This document shows positions 9,936 through 19,855 of a DNA stretch of 64,000 nt, in pieces. The DNA is taken from positions 288,001-352,000 of the forward strand of contig CAXXMR010000013.1 in the NCBI GenBank assembly GCA_963663805.2, read 5' to 3'. The translations under genes and the position numbers were made by a program. Positions within the stretch are counted from its first letter, which is position 1. The number at the start of each line of letters is the position of its first letter. The notes beneath the pieces were generated by a model, which ran no database searches, was not told where the DNA came from, and was given only the letters and a program-made list of their open reading frames with translations. This stretch comes from Sedimentisphaerales bacterium. Lineage in GTDB: Bacteria; Planctomycetota; Phycisphaerae; Sedimentisphaerales; SM23-30.

Positions 9936-12686
9936 ATGACTCCGGAACAGCAGGCACGAAAACTTATTGATGAGCAGTTGGTTGAGTCTGGCTGGGCTAT
10001 CCAGGATTACGGTCAATTGAATCTTGGAGCGTCTCTGGGGGTTGTGGTTCGGGAGTTTCCTTTGAAAAGGGGAGCGGTTGATTATCTGCTCTTTGTGGAT
10101 CGCAAAGCAGCTGGGGTCGTTGAGGCTAAGCCTGTTGGTTCCTCGTTGGGTGGGGTGGATTGGCAATCTGACAAGTATGTTAATGGGTTACCGGATACTT
10201 TGCCCTGCTACCATAATCCTTTACCATTTGTTTATGAGAGTACGGGGGTTGAAACCCTTTTTCGCAATCTTAAGGATCCTGATGCTCGAAGTCGGAGCGT
10301 ATTTACATTCTTGCGTCCAGAAACCATTCATGATCTGATTCGGCAAGATGATACTTTACGGACGAGGATGAGGAACCTTCCGGAATTAATTACGGCTGGT
10401 TTGAGGGATTGCCAGGTCGAAGCGATTTCAAGTCTTGAGCAGTCTTTTGCGGAAAACAGACCGAAATCTCTTATACAGATGGCGACGGGGGCTGGAAAGA
10501 GCTTTACGGCAGTAACGTTCATCTATCGACTAATCAAATTTGCCAAGGCAAAACGTATTCTGTTTCTGGTTGACCGTAATAATCTGGGGAGGCAGGCTCT
10601 CAAGGAATTTCAGCAGTTTGTTACTCCTGATGACGGCAGGAAGTTCACAGAGCTTTATGATGTTCAGCATCTGAAATCTAATACCATTGATCCGGTCAGT
10701 AAGGTTTGCATTACTACGATCCAACGTCTATACTCCATGCTGAGGGGGGAGGCAGAAATTGATCCTGAACTGGAAGAGCAATCAGGGTTTAAGGTACTGG
10801 GTTCAGAGATTGCTCAGGAGGTGGCTTATAATCCAGCTATTCCCATTGAAACTTTTGATTTTATTGTTACCGATGAATGCCACAGAAGCATTTACAATCA
10901 GTGGCGACAGGTTCTGGAATATTTTGATTCCTTTATCGTGGGTTTAACGGCAACTCCTTCAAAGCAGACGCTGGGTTTCTTCAATCAGAATCTGGTTACG
11001 GAATACAGCCATGAGCGTGCGGTGGCAGATGGTGTGAATGTTGGTTATGAGGTTTATCGCATAAAGACCGAGATAACCGAAAAAGGCAGTAAGGTTGAAG
11101 CGGGCAACTATATTGACAAGCGTGACAAGATGACCCGGCAGAAACGCTGGGAAGAGCTTGACGATGATTTAGAATATGCCAGTAATCAGCTTGATCGGGC
11201 AGTAGTTTCAGAAGACCAGATACGAACCGTTATCAAGACATTTCGGGATAAACTGTTTACCGAGATATTTCCCGGCAGAACGGATGTTCCCAAGACTCTG
11301 GTTTTTGCCAAGGATGATTCCCATGCTGAAGATATTCTGCATATCATTCGGGAGGAATTTGGCAAGGGTAATGAGTTCGCCAAGAAGATAACTTATCGAA
11401 CTACCGGAGAAAAGCCGGAAGACCTGATTTCCAGTTTTCGCAATTCCTATAATCCCCGTATTGCAGTTACGGTTGATATGATTTCGACAGGTACGGATAT
11501 CAGGCCTTTGGAATGTCTGCTGTTTATGCGGACTATTCGGAGTCGGGTTTATTTTGAGCAGATGAAGGGGAGGGGGACGAGGGTTATTGACCCTACCGAT
11601 CTTGAAGCGGTTACTCCTGACGCAAAGCATAAGACTCATTTTGTGATTATTGATGCGGTGGGAGTGTGTGAACAGGATAAGACTGATTCCCGTCCTCTGG
11701 AACGCAAGAAGAGTGTTTCTTTTGAGAAACTGCTCATTTCGGTAGCGATGGGTAATCGGGATGATGATACACTTACTTCTCTGGCGGGGAGGCTGGCTCG
11801 GCTGAATCAGGAAGTTTCTAAAGAGGATTCCGAGCAGATTCAAAAAGCAGCGGAAGGCAAATCTTTGCCACAATTAATTAACGCTATTTTTGACGCGGTT
11901 GACCCTGACAAGCACATTGAGCAGGCTCGACAAACAAATGGTACTCCGGAACCGACTGACGAACAGGTTGAGCAGGCGAAACAGGAACTTGTCGAAAAGG
12001 CGTGTTTACCGTTTGATAATCCTGATCTGCGTAATATTTTGGCGGATATAAAAAAGAAAAATGAGCAGTATATTGACAAACTCAGCCAGGATAAGGTTAT
12101 TTCGGCGGAGTTCGATGAGCAGGCTAAGGAAAAGGCCAAGGGGATAATTGACAGTTTCAAGCAGTTTATTGAGGATAACAAGGATGAGATTATGGCTTTG
12201 CAGATTCTTTATAATATTCCCTATAGCAAACGCCATGTGACTTATGAGCAGATAGAAGAGGTGGTCAATGCGATTCAAAGACCACCTTACGGTTTGAGTA
12301 CTGATGAGGTATGGAAAGCGTACCAGCAGCTTGAAAAATCAAAGGTTAAAAGAGTTTCGGCTGCTAAAATGCTGACGGATACTATTTCTTTGCTTCGCTT
12401 TGCGATTGGGCAGGCAGATGTGCTGGAGCCGTGGTCGGATGTGGAACAGCAGCGATTTGAGGAATGGCTGGAAGAGCAGAAGGAACTGGGCAGGGAATTC
12501 ACGCCGGAACAGATGGACTGGTTATTGATGATAAAAGACCATATAACCACCAGCCTGGAAATTGAAGTTGATGACCTGCAATATGCCCCATTCTATGAAA
12601 AAGGCGGAGCAATGAAGGCTTATGATGTCTTTGGGGATGAACTGAATAAGATACTTGATGAACTTAATGAGGTTCTGGCAGCATGA
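9936..12686 (+). CDS. hsdR: Type I restriction enzyme R subunit (EcoAI/EcoEI-like)
   Basis: DY...VVEAK nuclease motif, MATGAGKS, DECH, GLTAT, QMKGRGTR. Confidence 0.93.
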   Translation: MTPEQQARKLIDEQLVESGWAIQDYGQLNLGASLGVVVREFPLKRGAVDYLLFVDRKAAGVVEAKPVGSSLGGVDWQSDKYVNGLPDTLPCYHNPLPFVYESTGVETLFRNLKDPDARSRSVFTFLRPETIHDLIRQDDTLRTRMRNLPELITAGLRDCQVEAISSLEQSFAENRPKSLIQMATGAGKSFTAVTFIYRLIKFAKAKRILFLVDRNNLGRQALKEFQQFVTPDDGRKFTELYDVQHLKSNTIDPVSKVCITTIQRLYSMLRGEAEIDPELEEQSGFKVLGSEIAQEVAYNPAIPIETFDFIVTDECHRSIYNQWRQVLEYFDSFIVGLTATPSKQTLGFFNQNLVTEYSHERAVADGVNVGYEVYRIKTEITEKGSKVEAGNYIDKRDKMTRQKRWEELDDDLEYASNQLDRAVVSEDQIRTVIKTFRDKLFTEIFPGRTDVPKTLVFAKDDSHAEDILHIIREEFGKGNEFAKKITYRTTGEKPEDLISSFRNSYNPRIAVTVDMISTGTDIRPLECLLFMRTIRSRVYFEQMKGRGTRVIDPTDLEAVTPDAKHKTHFVIIDAVGVCEQDKTDSRPLERKKSVSFEKLLISVAMGNRDDDTLTSLAGRLARLNQEVSKEDSEQIQKAAEGKSLPQLINAIFDAVDPDKHIEQARQTNGTPEPTDEQVEQAKQELVEKACLPFDNPDLRNILADIKKKNEQYIDKLSQDKVISAEFDEQAKEKAKGIIDSFKQFIEDNKDEIMALQILYNIPYSKRHVTYEQIEEVVNAIQRPPYGLSTDEVWKAYQQLEKSKVKRVSAAKMLTDTISLLRFAIGQADVLEPWSDVEQQRFEEWLEEQKELGREFTPEQMDWLLMIKDHITTSLEIEVDDLQYAPFYEKGGAMKAYDVFGDELNKILDELNEVLAA

Positions 12687-14158
12687 CGGACAATAAAGAT
12701 TTACCAAAGGGGTGGGTTCGCAGAGATCTGTGCGATTTATTAACAATAATTCGTGGAGTTTCGTTCCCAAAGGATGCCAAGAGTTCTATAGCGAAACCAA
12801 AGCATGTAGCGTGCTTAAGAACTGCGAACGTGCAACAGACAGTTGAATGGGACGACTTGTGGTTTGTTCATGAGAAATATGTAAGACGTAATGAGCAGTT
12901 TGTACAGATCGGAGACATCTTAATCTCTACAGCGAATAGTTTGTATTTGGTAGGAAAAGTTTCTCAAGTAACTACGATGCCCTACAAAACAACCTTGGGG
13001 GCATTCATTTCGTTATTACGAGCCCCAAAAGAGTTATGCCAGTCTTTTTTCTACTATGTCTTAAGTTCTACAGAAATACAATCGTCAATTAGAGAATGTG
13101 CCTCAACTACTACGAATATTTCAAATGTATCGACTAGAAAACTGGCTAAAATACAGCTTCCTCTTCCCCCTCTTCCCGAACAGCATCGCATTGTCTCAAA
13201 GATTGAGGAGTTATTTAGTGATTTGGATGCCGGGGTTTCGGCTTTGGAGGTGGTTCGGCAGGAGATTAAGCGTTATCGGCAGGCGGTTTTGAAACATGCG
13301 TTCGAGGGCAAGCTGACCGCTAAATGGCGGGAAGAAAATAAAGACAAACTTGAGCCTGCCAGCAAATTACTTGAACGAATTGCCAAAGAACGAGAAAAAC
13401 AAGCCAAAGGTAAAAAACAAAAGAAACTGCCTCCGTTGGATTCGACAAATCTGCCTAAATTGCCAGAGGGCTGGGAGTGGTCACGTGTCGTTGAGATCGG
13501 TGCGTTAGGCGAACAAACAGTGTTGACTGGTCCCTTTGGTTCGACTCTTGGCAAGTCAGACTTTATTTCTGCTGGGGTACCATTATTAACAATTGGATGC
13601 TTAACAGAGCAGGGCGTAAAGTTAGATAAGGCTTTTTACATATCAACTAATAAAGCGGAAGAGTTGAAGCGTTACAAATTGTCTGAGGGCGACTTATTGT
13701 TTTCGAGGTCGGCATCCGTTGGTAGAGTTGGTTATGCCACACAGGAACTCGAAGGTAGCCTGATAAATTATCATCTAATGAGGCTTCGTTTAGATGCAAA
13801 AACAATTAGTCCCCAAATGTTTATTTATTATGTTCGTGGAGCAAAAACTGTCAATGATTATCTTAGGTATGTAAATCACGGAGCAACGCGAGATGGAATA
13901 AATACTGCCAATTTACTATCAATGCCTGTTGCTATTCCATCATTCAAAGAGCAGAAACAGATCGTCTCAGAGATCGAACAGCGTTTCAGTATAGCCGATC
14001 AGGCTGAGAAGATTGTTGAGCAGACATTAAAACAGTCGCAGCGTTTACGACAAAGCATCTTAAAAAGAGCATTTGAAGGCAAACTAGTACCACAAGACCC
14101 AAACGATGAACCGGCAGAGAAAATGCTGGAGAGAATCAAGAGGAAGGCAGGAAAATGA
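12683..14158 (+). CDS. hsdS: Type I R-M specificity subunit
   Basis: Two TRDs with LPKGW/LPEGWEW and PLPPLPEQHRIV/EQKQIV spacers, AFEGKL. Confidence 0.93.
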   Translation: MTDNKDLPKGWVRRDLCDLLTIIRGVSFPKDAKSSIAKPKHVACLRTANVQQTVEWDDLWFVHEKYVRRNEQFVQIGDILISTANSLYLVGKVSQVTTMPYKTTLGAFISLLRAPKELCQSFFYYVLSSTEIQSSIRECASTTTNISNVSTRKLAKIQLPLPPLPEQHRIVSKIEELFSDLDAGVSALEVVRQEIKRYRQAVLKHAFEGKLTAKWREENKDKLEPASKLLERIAKEREKQAKGKKQKKLPPLDSTNLPKLPEGWEWSRVVEIGALGEQTVLTGPFGSTLGKSDFISAGVPLLTIGCLTEQGVKLDKAFYISTNKAEELKRYKLSEGDLLFSRSASVGRVGYATQELEGSLINYHLMRLRLDAKTISPQMFIYYVRGAKTVNDYLRYVNHGATRDGINTANLLSMPVAIPSFKEQKQIVSEIEQRFSIADQAEKIVEQTLKQSQRLRQSILKRAFEGKLVPQDPNDEPAEKMLERIKRKAGK

Positions 14159-14159
14159 T

Positions 14160-16768
14160 ATGCCTAATACTGATATAATCTTTGGGGATTTGATTAGATG
14201 GTCTGGTGAAAACCTTTGTCTATGGCAGCAAGATGCGTTGAGAAGATTGGTTGAAAAGCCAGAACTAGATGATAATGATTTAGAAGAAATATTAAAAATA
14301 TGCAAAACTGATAATAATATTGCTGTTGAAGGTGAATCTACACAAGCACAGATTCTTCAAGGACTTTCTCAAGACGATTTAACTACCTCTAAAAAGGTTG
14401 TTCTAAAAAAACTATCTGATGTTAATAATGTGAACGCTTTAGCTAGTAATCAGACTTTGATCTTTCAAAAAGAAGGAGTAACAATTGTATATGGCGGGAA
14501 TGGTACCGGCAAGTCTGGTTATGCGAGAATTTTAAAAAAGCATGTCGAGCAAGAGCAGATTCTGAAATATTGCAGAATGTGTATGAAGATAGCCAGGATC
14601 CTCCATCAGCAAAGATTGAGTACCTGGTAAACGAGATGAGAGCCGAGCATGACTGGCAATTAGATACTCCTACACTCCCCGAATTGAATCATATTAGTAT
14701 ATTTGATTCGTCCTGTGCTACCATCCATGTTGACAAGCCAAATGATGTGGCATATACCCCAATGACTTTGGATATTTTGGCAAAACTGGCTCAAGCTAGT
14801 AGAGATATTAAAAATAAATTAGAGAGTGAAGTTGCAGTTCACCGAAAATGTACTCCTGAATTTATTACTAATAACAAAAGTAGGGATTACACAGCTACAG
14901 GAGCTTTTCTGCGAAATCTAAGCCATCACACCAATTTAAGTGATGTTGATAGTTTAACAGATATATCCGAGGCAGAAAATTGCAGGTATAGAGAAATTCT
15001 TAATTTACTGCATAATGACCCTCTGGTCCAAATAGAAAAATCAACCATCATTACGAACAAAATAAATGAGATAGTACAGTATGTTGAGAGTTCATATGGC
15101 CAATTTAAACAAGATTCCATATTGGCCCTAAAAAGTCTATATGAAGATGTAGCTAAAAAAGAGAAGATTTCAAGTGTTGCAGCTGAGGCACTTTTTAAGG
15201 GAGAACCTTTATCTGGCATTGGAAGTGAAGTGTGGCGGGAACTATGGGAGTCTGCCAGAAAATATTCAAATATTGTTTACAAAGACCTTGGTTTTCCTTA
15301 TACGGGTAAAGATTCTAGATGTGTACTATGTCAGCAAGAATTGTCCGCAGAATCTTCCGTTCGCCTCATAAAATTTGAAGACTTTGTCAAGAAAGATGCC
15401 CAGAGGCAAGCTGTGTTATCTAAACAAAATCTTGCCCAAGAATTAGTTAATATTAAGCAATATGCAATTACTCGAAAGAAAATACATGATTATTATAAGT
15501 TCATTAAGGTTGATTTAAAAAACACTGAACTTGCCAAAATAACAAGGAAATATCTCATTCGAGTATTTGTTATATTAAGAAATATCAATAAAGCGAATAC
15601 GTCAGAAGACATTAATGAATATAGATTAGACTTTTCTTTTATAAAAGACTTTAATGATATTTTAGATGATATTAAGATTCATATAGACACCCTAAAAAGC
15701 TCTTTGGATCCAGAAGGAAGAAAAACACTTGAAATAGAATTAGCGGCAATAGAGGATAGGATATGGCTAGGTGAACACAAGATTCCTTTGTTGGAGGAAA
15801 TTAAGAAGCTGAAATTAATAAATAATTATAACCTGTCTATAAATGAGACCGACACAAGAAATATTACCATAAAAAGCACTGAGATTGCAAATGTATTGAT
15901 TACAAATACTTTGAGGGACCGATTTACACAAGAATTAAATGAATTGGGGATAAATCATTTACGGGCCGAGCTTGTTCAACAGCGTTCGAATTATGGTATT
16001 CCAAAGTTCAAAGTTCAGTTAGTCAGAAATCCATCAGCACCTATTCGGAAAGTTTTAAGTGAAGGTGAATATAGAAGTATTGCTATAGCTGCGTTTTTAG
16101 CAGAGCTTTCAACCGCAGACCACAAATCTGGAATGGTATTTGATGACCCTGTATGCTCTCTCGACCATGACTACAGGCATAGAATTGCAAAGAGACTTGT
16201 TAAAGAAGCTACGCAAAGGCAGGTTATTATTTTTACTCACGACATTTCTTTTGTTTTTATGCTGCAGACTTCTACTAAAAAAGATAATGTTTCTATTTCT
16301 TACCAAGCAGTCGAGAACTCTTCGACCCATAGTGGGATATGCCAATCTAATCCACCATTTAACATATTACCAGTTTGTGATGCCCTGCATCAATTAGAAG
16401 TATATTTAAATCAAGTTAAAGTTCTTTATGAAAACGGAAGTCTCGATGAATGGGGGTATAATTTAGATTCCTTAGCAATTCGAATAAGAAAATGTTGGGA
16501 ATTAGCAATTGAAAAATTACTATCGCCAGTTTTTACTCGTTTTAGTTATAAGGTCGACACACGAGGCTTATTAAAAATGTCTGTTTTTACTGATGATGAT
16601 AGTAAGGTAATGAGGGAAAGCTATGGAAAGATATCTCAATGGGAACACTCTGAAGCTTCAACGATAGGAAGCCCATTACCTTCACCATCAGATGTTCAGC
16701 AAGAAATCACTGTATTAAGAAGCTGGTATAACGACATTGAAACTCGCCAGAGAACAAAAAAACAATAA
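14160..16768 (+). CDS. RloC-like ABC/Rad50-type ATPase with zinc hook, split by a -1 frameshift at 14534-14540
   Basis: Walker A GGNGTGKS, CVLC within coiled coil, LSEGE, FDDPVCSLD, IFTHD; about 869 aa when joined; lies between hsdS and hsdM. Confidence 0.72.
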
Positions 16769-16782
16769 TTAGGATTTAAATA

Positions 16783-18243
16783 ATGACAGACAATCCCCAA
16801 CAAATAGTACAGCGTCTTTGGAATTATTGTAATGTTCTTCGTGATGACGGAGTAAGTTATGGCGATTATGTTGAGCAGTTGACCTATCTGCTGTTTTTGA
16901 AGATGGCGGATGAACAGACAAAACCTCCTTTTAAGCAGAAATCGATTATTCCGAGTGGGTATGACTGGGGCAGCCTGGTTAGTAAGGATGGGGATGATCT
17001 GGAGATTCATTACCGGCATATTCTGGAGACGCTGGCTAAGGAAAAAGGTATGCTGGGGGTGATCTTTCGCAAGAGTCAGAACAAGATTCAGGATCCGGCT
17101 AAGCTTAATCGGCTTATCAGCCTTATCGATGAAGAATCGTGGATGGGGCTAAGTGCTGATGTTAAGGGTGATATATATGAAGGGCTGCTGGAGAAGAACG
17201 CTCAGGATGTCAAAGGCGGTGCGGGCCAGTATTTTACGCCTAGAGCGTTGATTCGGGCTATGGTTGAGGTTATGAAGCCTGAGCCGGGGATGACGATTTG
17301 TGATCCGGCGTGCGGGACGGGTGGCTTTTTTCTGGCTTCGCATAGTTATATGTCGGACGGGAAACAGTTCAAACTGGACAAAAAGCAGAAGAAGCATCTG
17401 AAGCTGGAGACATTCAAGGGGTGGGAGATTGTCGATAGTACGGCCCGGCTATGCGTGATGAACCTTTTCTTGCATGGGGTGGGTGGAGAAGATAGTCCGG
17501 TTAAGGTGGGAGACAGTCTGGTGGCGGATCCGGGGGAGAGGTTTGATCTGGTGCTGACTAATCCGCCGTTCGGCAAGAAGAGCAGTATTACGATTGCTAA
17601 TGGCGAAGGTAAGACCAGCAAGGATTCCATTACTTATGAGCGGGAAGACTTCTGGGCGACAACCTCAAATAAGCAGCTTAACTTTTTGCAGCATATCAAG
17701 AGCCTGCTGAAGATAAACGGCAGAGCAGCGGTGGTGCTGCCGGATAATGTGCTTTTTGAAGGGGGGGCTGGTGAGACTATACGGCGGAAACTGCTGGAGA
17801 CGTGTGATGTTCATACGCTGTTGCGACTGCCGACAGGGGTGTTTTATGCTCAGGGGGTCAAGGCAAACGTGCTGTTCTTTGACCGTAAGCCTGCCAGTGA
17901 GAAGGCCTGGACGGAAAAACTGTGGATATATGACTTGCGAACCAATATGCATTTTACGCTGAAGACCAATCCTCTGAAGCTGGATGATTTGCAGGATTTT
18001 ATAAAATGCTTTAAGGCAGATAAAAGACGTTCGAGAAAAGAGAACGAACGGTTCAAAGCGTTTGGGTATGAAGAACTCATGCAGAGGGACAAGGCGAGTC
18101 TGGATATTTTCTGGCTGAAGGATGAAAGCCTTGAGGATTCAGAGAATCTGCCTGATCCGGATGTGATTGCGGATAATATAGTGGAGAATCTTGGGGCGGC
18201 GTTAGGGTTGTTTGGGAGTATATCGGAGGAATTGGGGGAATGA
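16783..18243 (+). CDS. hsdM: Type I R-M methyltransferase subunit
   Basis: GQYFTPR, DPACGTGGF, NPPF. Confidence 0.95.
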   Translation: MTDNPQQIVQRLWNYCNVLRDDGVSYGDYVEQLTYLLFLKMADEQTKPPFKQKSIIPSGYDWGSLVSKDGDDLEIHYRHILETLAKEKGMLGVIFRKSQNKIQDPAKLNRLISLIDEESWMGLSADVKGDIYEGLLEKNAQDVKGGAGQYFTPRALIRAMVEVMKPEPGMTICDPACGTGGFFLASHSYMSDGKQFKLDKKQKKHLKLETFKGWEIVDSTARLCVMNLFLHGVGGEDSPVKVGDSLVADPGERFDLVLTNPPFGKKSSITIANGEGKTSKDSITYEREDFWATTSNKQLNFLQHIKSLLKINGRAAVVLPDNVLFEGGAGETIRRKLLETCDVHTLLRLPTGVFYAQGVKANVLFFDRKPASEKAWTEKLWIYDLRTNMHFTLKTNPLKLDDLQDFIKCFKADKRRSRKENERFKAFGYEELMQRDKASLDIFWLKDESLEDSENLPDPDVIADNIVENLGAALGLFGSISEELGE

Positions 18244-18463
18244 GTCTATTATAAAATCAAACGAAAACAGAGAGATTATCGGGAAAACTAAAAGTGTTCG
18301 TGAAGCAGTTCTTCGAACACATAATCGAAAGAGAGATATTTTGCTAGTTCATGTTAAATGTGCTAAAACCATTGCCTTCAAAAAAACTGGATTATTATTT
18401 TTTTCAAGAACCTCAGTGTTTTTCTGAAGTGCAACACAACATAAAGAATGGAAATATATGTGA

Positions 18464-19855
18464 ATGAAAAAACATTTAACGCTATTCATTAGTTACTGTC
18501 ACGAGTCGGCATCCCATCAGAATAAGATTCTTGGGCTAGCTAATAGACTTGTTTCAGATGGTATAGATGTAATTCTTGACCAATATGTATTTAATCCCGC
18601 TGAGGGTTGGCAGTTATGGATGGATCGTGGTGTCCGTGACGCTGATTATGTTGCGATGATCTGTACAGAAACTTATTATAGAAGAGTAATGGGTGATGAA
18701 GATGTTTTGATTGGTCAAGGCGTAAAGTGGGAAGGGAAATTGATCTATCAACACATCTACAATAACGACAGTTTGAATGAAAAGTTTCTACCTTGTTTGC
18801 TAGATGGTGGGCAAGTAAGCTATATTCCTACACCACTTCAATCCTGTACAAGATATTTGATTGAAACTGAAGATGGATATGAAGATTTCTATAGATATAT
18901 TACTGATCAGCCTAGAATCCAAAAACCAACCCTCGGCAAGTTAAGGCAATTACCTGCTAAAAGCCGGCAGAGTGATTTTATGGCTCCTTTGTGTAAGAAG
19001 GAGGTCTTGGTATCCAATCTGCTGGAAGTCGAAGGATTTTTCAAAAAACTCTATATCGCCGAAACAGAATATCGCAGAGGGACGATTGAAGACCTTTGGA
19101 AAAAATTAGATTTACTTGGTATTAGTCATGAATCTGGGTGGTTGCTAAAGGAAAAACGAATTGTCAGTATTTATGATTTGAGAGAGATGCCCTGGCGAGA
19201 GATCTGTGATGTTGGGACAGTTGAGGAGTTTGAGAGCGATGAATGGGCTTTGTCAGATGACCTTGATAAACAAAAAGAATTCGTGTGGATGCTTAATAAC
19301 TGTCTTGCGGATAAATTAAGAAGTTTAGGATTACGCTTTAATAAAAAATTTAGAGTCTATTACTTTTTGCCTACTAGTAAGGGGTGCCTGAAAGAAAGAA
19401 AAATACGCTCAGGATCTACTACTGAAACATATAAGACAGTGTTTAAAGCATATAACTCAAACAAAACTCCGCATAAGTTGATGTTTTGTCGGCATTCAGC
19501 CTTTAGCGGCTATTTTCAAAGATATGAAAGAAAATGGTATCTTGAGATAACTCCTACTTACTACTTTACAAGGGATGGTACAACTCCTGACCTTTTTTAC
19601 GAGGAAAAACTGAGCAAACTAAAGCGTCTTGAAAATTCAGATACCGTACGAAGGTGGATAATGTCATACGCTCGCTTGCTTTGCGGCGAAGATGGTTTGC
19701 TTGAGGCACCTTATCAACATCTACAATTTGGAAAATTGAAAGAATTTCAGATACCATACGGTATCGATGATGAGCAGTGGTTACCCAGCAAGAAAGTTAC
19801 TGAAAATGATGTAATGCAAGAAGAAATGGAATTGTTTTTCAATCATGAATATTGA
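18464..19855 (+). CDS. SEFIR/TIR-APAZ effector
   Basis: N-terminal FISYCHES...LANRL...GIDVILDQY...GW..WM (SEFIR/TIR-like); C-terminal SNLL, HSAF, WYLEITPTYYFT.DG (APAZ-like); overlaps the pAgo gene by 11 nt. Confidence 0.8.
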   Translation: MKKHLTLFISYCHESASHQNKILGLANRLVSDGIDVILDQYVFNPAEGWQLWMDRGVRDADYVAMICTETYYRRVMGDEDVLIGQGVKWEGKLIYQHIYNNDSLNEKFLPCLLDGGQVSYIPTPLQSCTRYLIETEDGYEDFYRYITDQPRIQKPTLGKLRQLPAKSRQSDFMAPLCKKEVLVSNLLEVEGFFKKLYIAETEYRRGTIEDLWKKLDLLGISHESGWLLKEKRIVSIYDLREMPWREICDVGTVEEFESDEWALSDDLDKQKEFVWMLNNCLADKLRSLGLRFNKKFRVYYFLPTSKGCLKERKIRSGSTTETYKTVFKAYNSNKTPHKLMFCRHSAFSGYFQRYERKWYLEITPTYYFTRDGTTPDLFYEEKLSKLKRLENSDTVRRWIMSYARLLCGEDGLLEAPYQHLQFGKLKEFQIPYGIDDEQWLPSKKVTENDVMQEEMELFFNHEY

